64,000 nucleotides of DNA from Lepidodermella squamata. Lineage: Eukaryota > Animalia > Gastrotricha. The stretch lies in the NCBI GenBank assembly GCA_047495785.1, contig JBLDXI010000024.1:5084001-5148000 (forward strand). Direction: 5' to 3'. How positions within the stretch are numbered: the first letter of the stretch is position 1; each line of letters opens with the position of its first letter. The translations under genes and the position numbers were made by a program. Positions 48,155-63,301 of this stretch are shown here, piece by piece. The notes below the pieces were generated by a model, which had not been told where the DNA came from, made no database searches, and worked only from the letters and a program-made list of their open reading frames with translations.

Positions 48155-49861
48155 CACGTTTTTAGCTCACACGTTTGAAAGCAATTGCTAGTGACGAGAT
48201 TAAAGCTGTCCTTCCCAAAACCAGCGTTCGAGAGGTCCCATGGTGTAGCGGTTAGCACTCTGGACTCTGAATCCAGCGACTCGAGTTCGATTCTCGATGG
48301 GACCTTGATACGTTTTTTCAAACAAACTTTCAGCTCACTCACTCTCAGCTGATGGAAACTTGCGATCGCAATATTTGTTACCATTCAAACCTTTTCTTTC
48401 ACTAGCCTAGGGGGCATAGCTCAGTGGTAGAGCGTCTCATTCGCATTGTGAAGGTCTCGGGTTCAATCCCCGATGCCTCCAGTTGGCAATTTTTTCGCGT
48501 AACCTCTCGAAGATTAGTTGCTATATCGGTGAAAGTGACCGGAAATTACGCTAAAAATGTGAAAATAGTGTCAGAAGTGGGGTTCGAACCCACGCCCTCT
48601 TTCGAGGACCAGATCTTGAGTCTGGCGCCTTAGACCGCTCGGCCATCCTGACCAGATGTAGCTACTCTGGGAAATTGTTGTAATCCATCCGAAAATATGA
48701 GAACTTTGGCCGTTTAAAGGGCGAGCGCATTGCATTGCCGCATCTATCGATAGGCGAAATGGCTATCGCGTCGGACTTCGGATCCGAAGATTGTGGGTTC
48801 GAGTCCCGTCAGCGTCGGCTCTATTTTTGCTGGCCTTTTCGGCTGAGCTGTTATCATAGCAACAGAATTATCACTTGTCAAGCTGTCAAGCTGTCAAGAA
48901 TAATCACAAGGGCCTTCCTAGCTCAGTCGGTAGAGCATGTGACTTTTAATCACAGGGTCGGGGGTTCGAGTCCCCCGGAGGGCGCAATATTTTTACCCAG
49001 GGTAACATGTTTATGGCATCGACCGGCTGCTAAGAAGACGAAGATCTCGAAGGGGGATTAGCTCAAATGGTAGAGCGCTCGCTTAGCATGCGAGAGGTAA
49101 CGGGATCGACGCCCGTATCCTCCATATACTTTTTTCGGCAAGATAAAAAAGGCTGAAATGAGGAGACTGCGCTTGCGAAAATAAAGCAGTCAACCGCGGC
49201 TCAGTAGCTTAGTGGTAGAGCGTCTGCCTAGTAAGATGAAGATCGAGGGTTCGATCCCCCCCTGAGCCTGGTCTTGACACTTTTTGCAGCATTCGGAGGT
49301 CTTCCGTCCCTTTTATATAGCCATTTCATTCAGGATCAAAATTGGAAAGGCTAAAAGTGTTCCCTGACCGGGAATCGAACCCGGGCCGCCGCGGTGAAAG
49401 CGCGGAATCCTAACCACTAGACCATCAGGGAGGTGCAAAATCCCTGTTGTATGCGTAAACTGTGAAGAACTCAAATTATCAACGTCATCGCACCTTCAGC
49501 AACTCTGTGCAAAAAATAGAATGGGCCCGTTCGGGAATTGAACCCGAGACCTCTCGCACCCGAAGCGAGAATCATACCCCTAGACCAACGGGCCAACCTG
49601 ACTTTACCCAATTGGCAACTGGCAACCAAAGACTTTATTAGAACGTCTCCAGCGTTTATGCAAAACATGCGATACGCCGAGACCCGGGATCGAACCAGGG
49701 ACCTTTAGATCTTCAGTCTAACGCTCTCCCAACTGAGCTATCTCGGCTGTTATTTACAGCAGTGCTAAAGTCGAAGCTTAACTTGTAGCTTAGCTAGGGA
49801 GCTCAATGCAGGCTGCTATGACTTTGGCAGCAAATAAAAAACTGCGCTCCTGGGTGGGCTC

Positions 49862-49901
<40 letters not shown>

Positions 49902-52900
49902 AATTGCGCCACAGAAGCTGGCTAATCGCAGACTCGGCATCACCACTCAGCAATATGTAGCTTTTAACGCGAGCGTTGCCATGATCACGTTGTTGCCGTT
50001 ACAGTTTGGCTGTAGCCGAGGTTAGATCGGCCTTCGCATAGAATATAAACAGAGCTGAACTGTCCTTCATCAATGATCCTCAGCCGCTTTAGCTCTGCCA
50101 ACCCGCGATAGCTCAGCTGGTAGAGCGGAGGACTGTAGATGCAACGCAGCTATCCTTAGGTCGGTGGTTCAAGTCCGCCTCGCGGGATTGCATGGTTTTT
50201 CACTTTCGTTGGGTAGCAGCTTTTCATTCGTTCGTCAGTAAAAATGCGCTGATAGATGTGCAAAGGCCCGTTGGTCTAGGGGTATGATTCTCGCTTTGGG
50301 TGCGAGAGGTCTCGGGTTCAAATCCCGGACGGGCCCAAGCTTTTTGAGCTAATAGCTGAAGCGGCAGCATTACAAAAGGTGTTTGCCATAACCTTGAGCG
50401 CATGTAATGTTATCACAGCGGCATCGGTGGTTCAGTGGTAGAATTCTCGCCTGCCACGCGGGAGGCCCGGGTTCGATTCCCGGCCGATGCAAGCGACCCT
50501 GTTTTTTCATATCAGCTTCGATGTGCATCAGGCAAATTATGAGCGCAGCAAAATCAAAAGCACTGACAATTCAAGACGCTTCAGTCATCCTTGGTAGTAT
50601 AGTGGTTAGTATCCCCGCCTGTCACGCGGGAGACCAGGGTTCGATTCCCTGCCAAGGAGTCAGCTTTTTTAGTTGCGGCGCATAGGTTTCGAGCCAATTT
50701 TTTGAGAAAATTGCTAAAAAGTTGATTGCCGCCCGATGTGGGGCTCGAACCCACGACCCTGGGATTAAGAGTCCCATGCTCTACCGACTGAGCTAACCGG
50801 GCTGAGGCGCTATCAATTGCCTAAGCCGACAATTATGAAGCAGTTGACTGCTGGCGAATGTTGACTGCCATCAAAAATACTCGAGGCTGCCAGGAGTCGA
50901 ACCTGGAATCTTCTGATCCGTAGTCAGACGCGTTGTCCATTGCGCCACAACCCCATTCGGTCGAAAGAAGGCTTGCAAGCGCTAATTAGCAGGCAGGAAT
51001 GGGACTGAAGTGAAAAATGCATGTCAGAAGTGGGATTCGAACCCACGCCAGTAGAAACTGACTGCGACCTGAACGCAGCGCCTTGGACCGCTCGGCCATC
51101 CTGACGAGATGGTGGAATAGATTGCTGATATCCTGCAGACGGCATTTTGCAAAGCTAAGATATCGCAGAGCAAGTACAGCAAACAGCAAAGTCGTATAAC
51201 TGTTGCCAATATAAAACTAGCCAGCTACGCCGATCGGGGTGTATCGTTTCTTAAACTGCTGAAGAAGCACTCAAGTCGCTATGCCCGAGTGGTTAAGGGG
51301 TCTGACTAGAAATCAGATGCGGTCTCCGCGCGTAGGTTCAAATCCTACTGGCGACGACAGTTATTTTTGCATTATAACGACTGAAACTCAGTTCTGCAGT
51401 TAGCCTCCAGAACAGTCCTCGCTTTCATCAGGCGTCAGTGGTGTAACGGTCAGCATGGTTGCCTTCCAAGCAGCCGATCCGGGTTCGACTCCCGGCTGAC
51501 GCACACGTTTTTAGCTCACACGTTTGAAAGCAATTGCTAGTGACGAGATTAAAGCTGTCCTTCCCAAAACCAGCGTTCGAGAGGTCCCATGGTGTAGCGG
51601 TTAGCACTCTGGACTCTGAATCCAGCGACTCGAGTTCGATTCTCGATGGGACCTTGATACGTTTTTTCAAACAAACTTTCAGCTCACTCACTCTCAGCTG
51701 ATGGAAACTTGCGATCGCAATATTTGTTACCATTCAAACCTTTTCTTTCACTAGCCTAGGGGGCATAGCTCAGTGGTAGAGCGTCTCATTCGCATTGTGA
51801 AGGTCTCGGGTTCAATCCCCGATGCCTCCAGTTGGCAATTTTTTCGCGTAACCTCTCGAAGATTAGTTGCTATATCGGTGAAAGTGACCAGAAATTACGC
51901 TAAAAATGTGAAAATAGTGTCAGAAGTGGGGTTCGAACCCACGCCCTCTTTCGAGGACCAGATCTTGAGTCTGGCGCCTTAGACCGCTCGGCCATCCTGA
52001 CCAGATGTAGCTACTCTGGGAAATTGTTGTAATCCATCCGAAAATATGAGAAATTTGGCCGTTTAAAGGGCGAGCGCATTGCATTGCCGCATCTATCGAT
52101 AGGCGAAATGGCTATCGCGTCGGACTTCGGATCCGAAGATTGTGGGTTCGAGTCCCATCAGCGTCGGCTCTATTTTTGCTGGCCTTTTCTTTCGGCTGAG
52201 CTGTTATCATAGCAACAGAATTATCACTTGTCAAGCTGTCAAGCTGTCAAGAATAATCACAAGGGCCTTCCTAGCTCAGTCGGTAGAGCATGTGACTTTT
52301 AATCACAGGGTCGGGGGTTCGAGTCCCCCGGAGGGCGCAATATTTTTACCCAGGGTAACATGTTTATGGCATCGACCGGCTGCTAAGAAGACGAAGATCT
52401 CGAAGGGGGATTAGCTCAAATGGTAGAGCGCTCGCTTAGCATGCGAGAGGTAACGGGATCGACGCCCGTATCCTCCATATACTTTTTTCGGCAAGATAAA
52501 AAAGGCTGAAATGAGGAGACTGCGCTTGCGAAAATAAAGCAGTCAACCGCGGCTCAGTAGCTTAGTGGTAGAGCGTCTGCCTAGTAAGCAGAAGATCGAG
52601 GGTTCGATCCCCCCCTGAGCCTGGTCTTGACACTTTTTGCAGCATTCGGAGGTCTTCCGTCCCTTTTATATAGCCATTTCATTCAGGATCAAAATTGGAA
52701 AGGCTAAAAGTGTTCCCTGACCGGGAATCGAACCCGGGCCGCCGCGGTGAAAGCGCGGAATCCTAACCACTAGACCATCAGGGAGGTGCAAAATCCCTGT
52801 TGTATGCGTAAACTGTGAAGAACTCAAATTATCAACGTCATCGCACCTTCAGCAACTCTGTGCAAAAAATAGAATGGGCCCGTTCGGGAATTGAACCCGA

Positions 52901-53214
52901 GACCTCTCGCACCCGAAGCGAGAATCATACCCCTAGACCAACGGGCCAACCTGACTTTACCCAATTGGCAACTGGCAACCAAAGACTTTATTAGAACGTC
53001 TCCAGCGTTTATGCAAAACATGCGATACGCCGAGACCCGGGATCGAACCAGGGACCTTTAGATCTTCAGTCTAACGCTCTCCCAACTGAGCTATCTCGGC
53101 TGTTATTTACAGCAGTGCTAAAGTCGAAGCTTAACTTGTAGCTTAGCTAGGGAGCTCAATGCAGGCTGCTATGACTTTGGCAGCAAATAAAAAACTGCGC
53201 TCCTGGGTGGGCTC

Positions 53215-53254
<40 letters not shown>

Positions 53255-56200
53255 AATTGCGCCACAGAAGCTGGCTAATCGCAGACTCGGCATCACCACT
53301 CAGCAATATGTAGCTTTTAACGCGAGCGTTGCCATGATCACGTTGTTGCCGTTACAGTTTGGCTGTAGCCGAGGTTAGATCGGCCTTCGCATAGAATATA
53401 AACAGAGCTGAACTGTCCTTCATCAATGATCCTCAGCCGCTTTAGCTCTGCCAACCCGCGATAGCTCAGCTGGTAGAGCGGAGGACTGTAGATGCAACGC
53501 AGCTATCCTTAGGTCGGTGGTTCAAGTCCGCCTCGCGGGATTGCATGGTTTTTCACTTTCGTTGGGTAGCAGCTTTTCATTCGTTCGTCAGTAAAAATGC
53601 GCTGATAGATGTGCAAAGGCCCGTTGGTCTAGGGGTATGATTCTCGCTTTGGGTGCGAGAGGTCTCGGGTTCAAATCCCGGACGGGCCCAAGCTTTTTGA
53701 GCTAATAGCTGAAGCGGCAGCATTACAAAAGGTGTTTGCCATAACCTTGAGCGCATGTAATGTTATCACAGCGGCATCGGTGGTTCAGTGGTAGAATTCT
53801 CGCCTGCCACGCGGGAGGCCCGGGTTCGATTCCCGGCCGATGCAAGCGACCCTGTTTTTTCATATCAGCTTCGATGTGCATCAGGCAAATTATGAGCGCA
53901 GCAAAATCAAAAGCACTGACAATTCAAGACGCTTCAGTCATCCTTGGTAGTATAGTGGTTAGTATCCCCGCCTGTCACGCGGGAGACCAGGGTTCGATTC
54001 CCTGCCAAGGAGTCAGCTTTTTTAGTTGCGGCGCATAGGTTTCGAGCCAATTTTTTGAGAAAATTGCTAAAAAGTTGATTGCCGCCCGATGTGGGGCTCG
54101 AACCCACGACCCTGGGATTAAGAGTCCCATGCTCTACCGACTGAGCTAACCGGGCTGAGGCGCTATCAATTGCCTAAGCCGACAATTATGAAGCAGTTGA
54201 CTGCTGGCGAATGTTGACTGCCATCAAAAATACTCGAGGCTGCCAGGAGTCGAACCTGGAATCTTCTGATCCGTAGTCAGACGCGTTGTCCATTGCGCCA
54301 CAACCCCATTCGGTCGAAAGAAGGCTTGCAAGCGCTAATTAGCAGGCAGGAATGGGACTGAAGTGAAAAATGCATGTCAGAAGTGGGATTCGAACCCACG
54401 CCAGTAGAAACTGACTGCGACCTGAACGCAGCGCCTTGGACCGCTCGGCCATCCTGACGAGATGGTGGAATAGATTGCTGATATCCTGCAGACGGCATTT
54501 TGCAAAGCTAAGATATCGCAGAGCAAGTACAGCAAACAGCAAAGTCGTATAACTGTTGCCAATATAAAACTAGCCAGCTACGCCGATCGGGGTGTATCGT
54601 TTCTTAAACTGCTGAAGAAGCACTCAAGTCGCTATGCCCGAGTGGTTAAGGGGTCTGACTAGAAATCAGATGCGGTCTCCGCGCGTAGGTTCAAATCCTA
54701 CTGGCGACGACAGTTATTTTTGCATTATAACGACTGAAACTCAGTTCTGCAGTTAGCCTCCAGAACAGTCCTCGCTTTCATCAGGCGTCAGTGGTGTAAC
54801 GGTCAGCATGGTTGCCTTCCAAGCAGCCGATCCGGGTTCGACTCCCGGCTGACGCACACGTTTTTAGCTCACACGTTTGAAAGCAATTGCTAGTGACGAG
54901 ATTAAAGCTGTCCTTCCCAAAACCAGCGTTCGAGAGGTCCCATGGTGTAGCGGTTAGCACTCTGGACTCTGAATCCAGCGACTCGAGTTCGATTCTCGAT
55001 GGGACCTTGATACGTTTTTTCAAACAAACTTTCAGCTCACTCACTCTCAGCTGATGGAAACTTGCGATCGCAATATTTGTTACCATTCAAACCTTTTCTT
55101 TCACTAGCCTAGGGGGCATAGCTCAGTGGTAGAGCGTCTCATTCGCATTGTGAAGGTCTCGGGTTCAATCCCCGATGCCTCCAGTTGGCAATTTTTTCGC
55201 GTAACCTCTCGAAGATTAGTTGCTATATCGGTGAAAGTGACCAGAAATTACGCTAAAAATGTGAAAATAGTGTCAGAAGTGGGGTTCGAACCCACGCCCT
55301 CTTTCGAGGACCAGATCTTGAGTCTGGCGCCTTAGACCGCTCGGCCATCCTGACCAGATGTAGCTACTCTGGGAAATTGTTGTAATCCATCCGAAAATAT
55401 GAGAAATTTGGCCGTTTAAAGGGCGAGCGCATTGCATTGCCGCATCTATCGATAGGCGAAATGGCTATCGCGTCGGTCTTCGGATCCGAAGATTGTGGGT
55501 TCGAGTCCCATCAGCGTCGGCTCTATTTTTGCTGGCCTTTTCGGCTGAGCTGTTATCATAGCAACAGAATTATCACTTGTCAAGCTGTCAAGCTGTCAAG
55601 AATAATCACAAGGGCCTTCCTAGCTCAGTCGGTAGAGCATGTGACTTTTAATCACAGGGTCGGGGGTTCGAGTCCCCCGGAGGGCGCAATATTTTTACCC
55701 AGGGTAACATGTTTATGGCATCGACCGGCTGCTAAGAAGACGAAGATCTCGAAGGGGGATTAGCTCAAATGGTAGAGCGCTCGCTTAGCATGCGAGAGGT
55801 AACGGGATCGACGCCCGTATCCTCCATATACTTTTTTCGGCAAGATAAAAAAGGCTGAAATGAGGAGACTGCGCTTGCGAAAATAAAGCAGTCAACCGCG
55901 GCTCAGTAGCTTAGTGGTAGAGCGTCTGCCTAGTAAGCAGAAGATCGAGGGTTCGATCCCCCCCTGAGCCTGGTCTTGACACTTTTTGCAGCATTCGGAG
56001 GTCTTCCGTCCCTTTTATATAGCCATTTCATTCAGGATCAAAATTGGAAAGGCTAAAAGTGTTCCCTGACCGGGAATCGAACCCGGGCCGCCGCGGTGAA
56101 AGCGCGGAATCCTAACCACTAGACCATCAGGGAGGTGCAAAATCCCTGTTGTATGCGTAAACTGTGAAGAACTCAAATTATCAACGTCATCGCACCTTCA

Positions 56201-56563
56201 GCAACTCTGTGCAAAAAATAGAATGGGCCCGTTCGGGAATTGAACCCGAGACCTCTCGCACCCGAAGCGAGAATCATACCCCTAGACCAACGGGCCAACC
56301 TGACTTTACCCAATTGGCAACTGGCAACCAAAGACTTTATTAGAACGTCTCCAGCGTTTATGCAAAACATGCGATACGCCGAGACCCGGGATCGAACCAG
56401 GGACCTTTAGATCTTCAGTCTAACGCTCTCCCAACTGAGCTATCTCGGCTGTTATTTACAGCAGTGCTAAAGTCGAAGCTTAACTTGTAGCTTAGCTAGG
56501 GAGCTCAATGCAGGCTGCTATGACTTTGGCAGCAAATAAAAAACTGCGCTCCTGGGTGGGCTC

Positions 56564-56603
<40 letters not shown>

Positions 56604-58795
56604 AATTGCGCCACAGAAGCTGGCTAATCGCAGACTCGGCATCACCACTCAGCAATATGTAGCTTTTAACGCGAGCGTTGCCATGATCACGTTGTTGCCG
56701 TTACAGTTTGGCTGTAGCCGAGGTTAGATCGGCCTTCGCATAGAATATAAACAGAGCTGAACTGTCCTTCATCAATGATCCTCAGCCGCTTTAGCTCTGC
56801 CAACCCGCGATAGCTCAGCTGGTAGAGCGGAGGACTGTAGATGCAACGCAGCTATCCTTAGGTCGGTGGTTCAAGTCCGCCTCGCGGGATTGCATGGTTT
56901 TTCACTTTCGTTGGGTAGCAGCTTTTCATTCGTTCGTCAGTAAAAATGCGCTGATAGATGTGCAAAGGCCCGTTGGTCTAGGGGTATGATTCTCGCTTTG
57001 GGTGCGAGAGGTCTCGGGTTCAAATCCCGGACGGGCCCAAGCTTTTTGAGCTAATAGCTGAAGCGGCAGCATTACAAAAGGTGTTTGCCATAACCTTGAG
57101 CGCATGTAATGTTATCACAGCGGCATCGGTGGTTCAGTGGTAGAATTCTCGCCTGCCACGCGGGAGGCCCGGGTTCGATTCCCGGCCGATGCAAGCGACC
57201 CTGTTTTTTCATATCAGCTTCGATGTGCATCAGGCAAATTATGAGCGCAGCAAAATCAAAAGCACTGACAATTCAAGACGCTTCAGTCATCCTTGGTAGT
57301 ATAGTGGTTAGTATCCCCGCCTGTCACGCGGGAGACCAGGGTTCGATTCCCTGCCAAGGAGTCAGCTTTTTTAGTTGCGGCGCATAGGTTTCGAGCCAAT
57401 TTTTTGAGAAAATTGCTAAAAAGTTGATTGCCGCCCGATGTGGGGCTCGAACCCACGACCCTGGGATTAAGAGTCCCATGCTCTACCGACTGAGCTAACC
57501 GGGCTGAGGCGCTATCAATTGCCTAAGCCGACAATTATGAAGCAGTTGACTGCTGGCGAATGTTGACTGCCATCAAAAATACTCGAGGCTGCCAGGAGTC
57601 GAACCTGGAATCTTCTGATCCGTAGTCAGACGCGTTGTCCATTGCGCCACAACCCCATTCGGTCGAAAGAAGGCTTGCAAGCGCTAATTAGCAGGCAGGA
57701 ATGGGACTGAAGTGAAAAATGCATGTCAGAAGTGGGATTCGAACCCACGCCAGTAGAAACTGACTGCGACCTGAACGCAGCGCCTTGGACCGCTCGGCCA
57801 TCCTGACGAGATGGTGGAATAGATTGCTGATATCCTGCAGACGGCATTTTGCAAAGCTAAGATATCGCAGAGCAAGTACAGCAAACAGCAAAGTCGTATA
57901 ACTGTTGCCAATATAAAACTAGCCAGCTACGCCGATCGGGGTGTATCGTTTCTTAAACTGCTGAAGAAGCACTCAAGTCGCTATGCCCGAGTGGTTAAGG
58001 GGTCTGACTAGAAATCAGATGCGGTCTCCGCGCGTAGGTTCAAATCCTACTGGCGACGACAGTTATTTTTGCATTATAACGACTGAAACTCAGTTCTGCA
58101 GTTAGCCTCCAGAACAGTCCTCGCTTTCATCAGGCGTCAGTGGTGTAACGGTCAGCATGGTTGCCTTCCAAGCAGCCGATCCGGGTTCGACTCCCGGCTG
58201 ACGCACACGTTTTTAGCTCACACGTTTGAAAGCAATTGCTAGTGACGAGATTAAAGCTGTCCTTCCCAAAACCAGCGTTCGAGAGGTCCCATGGTGTAGC
58301 GGTTAGCACTCTGGACTCTGAATCCAGCGACTCGAGTTCGATTCTCGATGGGACCTTGATACGTTTTTTCAAACAAACTTTCAGCTCACTCACTCTCAGC
58401 TGATGGAAACTTGCGATCGCAATATTTGTTACCATTCAAACCTTTTCTTTCACTAGCCTAGGGGGCATAGCTCAGTGGTAGAGCGTCTCATTCGCATTGT
58501 GAAGGTCTCGGGTTCAATCCCCGATGCCTCCAGTTGGCAATTTTTTCGCGTAACCTCTCGAAGATTAGTTGCTATATCGGTGAAAGTGACCAGAAATTAC
58601 GCTAAAAATGTGAAAATAGTGTCAGAAGTGGGGTTCGAACCCACGCCCTCTTTCGAGGACCAGATCTTGAGTCTGGCGCCTTAGACCGCTCGGCCATCCT
58701 GACCAGATGTAGCTACTCTGGGAAATTGTTGTAATCCATCCGAAAATATGAGAAATTTGGCCGTTTAAAGGGCGAGCGCATTGCATTGCCGCATA

Positions 58796-58868
58796 GGCGC
58801 TGTGGCGAAATGGCTATCGCGTCGGACTTCGGATCCGAAGATTGTGGGTTCGAGTCCCATCAGCGTCG
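58796..58868 (+). tRNA. tRNA-Arg(TCG), intact
   Basis: Same as 45806-45878. Confidence 0.94.
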
Positions 58869-59908
58869 GCTCTATTTTTGCTGGCCTTTTCTTTCGGCTG
58901 AGCTGTTATCATAGCAACAGAATTATCACTTGTCAAGCTGTCAAGAATAATCACAAGGGCCTTCCTAGCTCAGTCGGTAGAGCATGTGACTTTTAATCAC
59001 AGGGTCGGGGGTTCGAGTCCCCCGGAGGGCGCAATATTTTTACCCAGGGTAACATGTTTATGGCATCGACCGGCTGCTAAGAAGACGAAGATCTCGAAGG
59101 GGGATTAGCTCAAATGGTAGAGCGCTCGCTTAGCATGCGAGAGGTAACGGGATCGACGCCCGTATCCTCCATATACTTTTTTCGGCAAGATAAAAAAGGC
59201 TGAAATGAGGAGACTGCGCTTGCGAAAATAAAGCAGTCAACCGCGGCTCAGTAGCTTAGTGGTAGAGCGTCTGCCTAGTAAGCAGAAGATCGAGGGTTCG
59301 ATCCCCCCCTGAGCCTGGTCTTGACACTTTTTGCAGCATTCGGAGGTCTTCCGTCCCTTTTATATAGCCATTTCATTCAGGATCAAAATTGGAAAGGCTA
59401 AAAGTGTTCCCTGACCGGGAATCGAACCCGGGCCGCCGCGGTGAAAGCGCGGAATCCTAACCACTAGACCATCAGGGAGGTGCAAAATCCCTGTTGTATG
59501 CGTAAACTGTGAAGAACTCAAATTATCAACGTCATCGCACCTTCAGCAACTCTGTGCAAAAAATAGAATGGGCCCGTTCGGGAATTGAACCCGAGACCTC
59601 TCGCACCCGAAGCGAGAATCATACCCCTAGACCAACGGGCCAACCTGACTTTACCCAATTGGCAACTGGCAACCAAAGACTTTATTAGAACGTCTCCAGC
59701 GTTTATGCAAAACATGCGATACGCCGAGACCCGGGATCGAACCAGGGACCTTTAGATCTTCAGTCTAACGCTCTCCCAACTGAGCTATCTCGGCTGTTAT
59801 TTACAGCAGTGCTAAAGTCGAAGCTTAACTTGTAGCTTAGCTAGGGAGCTCAATGCAGGCTGCTATGACTTTGGCAGCAAATAAAAAACTGCGCTCCTGG
59901 GTGGGCTC

Positions 59909-59948
<40 letters not shown>

Positions 59949-62148
59949 AATTGCGCCACAGAAGCTGGCTAATCGCAGACTCGGCATCACCACTCAGCAA
60001 TATGTAGCTTTTAACGCGAGCGTTGCCATGATCACGTTGTTGCCGTTACAGTTTGGCTGTAGCCGAGGTTAGATCGGCCTTCGCATAGAATATAAACAGA
60101 GCTGAACTGTCCTTCATCAATGATCCTCAGCCGCTTTAGCTCTGCCAACCCGCGATAGCTCAGCTGGTAGAGCGGAGGACTGTAGATGCAACGCAGCTAT
60201 CCTTAGGTCGGTGGTTCAAGTCCGCCTCGCGGGATTGCATGGTTTTTCACTTTCGTTGGGTAGCAGCTTTTCATTCGTTCGTCAGTAAAAATGCGCTGAT
60301 AGATGTGCAAAGGCCCGTTGGTCTAGGGGTATGATTCTCGCTTTGGGTGCGAGAGGTCTCGGGTTCAAATCCCGGACGGGCCCAAGCTTTTTGAGCTAAT
60401 AGCTGAAGCGGCAGCATTACAAAAGGTGTTTGCCATAACCTTGAGCGCATGTAATGTTATCACAGCGGCATCGGTGGTTCAGTGGTAGAATTCTCGCCTG
60501 CCACGCGGGAGGCCCGGGTTCGATTCCCGGCCGATGCAAGCGACCCTGTTTTTTCATATCAGCTTCGATGTGCATCAGGCAAATTATGAGCGCAGCAAAA
60601 TCAAAAGCACTGACAATTCAAGACGCTTCAGTCATCCTTGGTAGTATAGTGGTTAGTATCCCCGCCTGTCACGCGGGAGACCAGGGTTCGATTCCCTGCC
60701 AAGGAGTCAGCTTTTTTAGTTGCGGCGCATAGGTTTCGAGCCAATTTTTTGAGAAAATTGCTAAAAAGTTGATTGCCGCCCGATGTGGGGCTCGAACCCA
60801 CGACCCTGGGATTAAGAGTCCCATGCTCTACCGACTGAGCTAACCGGGCTGAGGCGCTATCAATTGCCTAAGCCGACAATTATGAAGCAGTTGACTGCTG
60901 GCGAATGTTGACTGCCATCAAAAATACTCGAGGCTGCCAGGAGTCGAACCTGGAATCTTCTGATCCGTAGTCAGACGCGTTGTCCATTGCGCCACAACCC
61001 CATTCGGTCGAAAGAAGGCTTGCAAGCGCTAATTAGCAGGCAGGAATGGGACTGAAGTGAAAAATGCATGTCAGAAGTGGGATTCGAACCCACGCCAGTA
61101 GAAACTGACTGCGACCTGAACGCAGCGCCTTGGACCGCTCGGCCATCCTGACGAGATGGTGGAATAGATTGCTGATATCCTGCAGACGGCATTTTGCAAA
61201 GCTAAGATATCGCAGAGCAAGTACAGCAAACAGCAAAGTCGTATAACTGTTGCCAATATAAAACTAGCCAGCTACGCCGATCGGGGTGTATCGTTTCTTA
61301 AACTGCTGAAGAAGCACTCAAGTCGCTATGCCCGAGTGGTTAAGGGGTCTGACTAGAAATCAGATGCGGTCTCCGCGCGTAGGTTCAAATCCTACTGGCG
61401 ACGACAGTTATTTTTGCATTATAACGACTGAAACTCAGTTCTGCAGTTAGCCTCCAGAACAGTCCTCGCTTTCATCAGGCGTCAGTGGTGTAACGGTCAG
61501 CATGGTTGCCTTCCAAGCAGCCGATCCGGGTTCGACTCCCGGCTGACGCACACGTTTTTAGCTCACACGTTTGAAAGCAATTGCTAGTGACGAGATTAAA
61601 GCTGTCCTTCCCAAAACCAGCGTTCGAGAGGTCCCATGGTGTAGCGGTTAGCACTCTGGACTCTGAATCCAGCGACTCGAGTTCGATTCTCGATGGGACC
61701 TTGATACGTTTTTTCAAACAAACTTTCAGCTCACTCACTCTCAGCTGATGGAAACTTGCGATCGCAATATTTGTTACCATTCAAACCTTTTCTTTCACTA
61801 GCCTAGGGGGCATAGCTCAGTGGTAGAGCGTCTCATTCGCATTGTGAAGGTCTCGGGTTCAATCCCCGATGCCTCCAGTTGGCAATTTTTTCGCGTAACC
61901 TCTCGAAGATTAGTTGCTATATCGGTGAAAGTGACCAGAAATTACGCTAAAAATGTGAAAATAGTGTCAGAAGTGGGGTTCGAACCCACGCCCTCTTTCG
62001 AGGACCAGATCTTGAGTCTGGCGCCTTAGACCGCTCGGCCATCCTGACCAGATGTAGCTACTCTGGGAAATTGTTGTAATCCATCCGAAAATATGAGAAA
62101 TTTGGCCGTTTAAAGGGCGAGCGCATTGCATTGCCGCATCTATCGATA

Positions 62149-62221
62149 GGCGCTGTGGCGAAATGGCTATCGCGTCGGACTTCGGATCCGAAGATTGTGG
62201 GTTCGAGTCCCATCAGCGTCG
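62149..62221 (+). tRNA. tRNA-Arg(TCG), intact, with an 8-nt longer 5' flank
   Basis: GCATCTATCGATA followed by GGCGCTGTGGCGAAATGG, so both 8-nt segments are present. Confidence 0.94.
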
Positions 62222-63261
62222 GCTCTATTTTTGCTGGCCTTTTCTTTCGGCTGAGCTGTTATCATAGCAACAGAATTATCACTTGTCAAGCTGTCAAGAA
62301 TAATCACAAGGGCCTTCCTAGCTCAGTCGGTAGAGCATGTGACTTTTAATCACAGGGTCGGGGGTTCGAGTCCCCCGGAGGGCGCAATATTTTTACCCAG
62401 GGTAACATGTTTATGGCATCGACCGGCTGCTAAGAAGACGAAGATCTCGAAGGGGGATTAGCTCAAATGGTAGAGCGCTCGCTTAGCATGCGAGAGGTAA
62501 CGGGATCGACGCCCGTATCCTCCATATACTTTTTTCGGCAAGATAAAAAAGGCTGAAATGAGGAGACTGCGCTTGCGAAAATAAAGCAGTCAACCGCGGC
62601 TCAGTAGCTTAGTGGTAGAGCGTCTGCCTAGTAAGCAGAAGATCGAGGGTTCGATCCCCCCCTGAGCCTGGTCTTGACACTTTTTGCAGCATTCGGAGGT
62701 CTTCCGTCCCTTTTATATAGCCATTTCATTCAGGATCAAAATTGGAAAGGCTAAAAGTGTTCCCTGACCGGGAATCGAACCCGGGCCGCCGCGGTGAAAG
62801 CGCGGAATCCTAACCACTAGACCATCAGGGAGGTGCAAAATCCCTGTTGTATGCGTAAACTGTGAAGAACTCAAATTATCAACGTCATCGCACCTTCAGC
62901 AACTCTGTGCAAAAAATAGAATGGGCCCGTTCGGGAATTGAACCCGAGACCTCTCGCACCCGAAGCGAGAATCATACCCCTAGACCAACGGGCCAACCTG
63001 ACTTTACCCAATTGGCAACTGGCAACCAAAGACTTTATTAGAACGTCTCCAGCGTTTATGCAAAACATGCGATACGCCGAGACCCGGGATCGAACCAGGG
63101 ACCTTTAGATCTTCAGTCTAACGCTCTCCCAACTGAGCTATCTCGGCTGTTATTTACAGCAGTGCTAAAGTCGAAGCTTAACTTGTAGCTTAGCTAGGGA
63201 GCTCAATGCAGGCTGCTATGACTTTGGCAGCAAATAAAAAACTGCGCTCCTGGGTGGGCTC

Positions 63262-63301
<40 letters not shown>

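Noticed and set aside
98-63068. All ORFs in the six-frame track (61-129 aa)
   Set aside because: They are short, overlap tRNA genes on either strand (GSIP, GFEP and VRIP motifs are translated T arms), often begin at non-ATG codons, and are opened or closed by spacer indels. None resembles a known protein.
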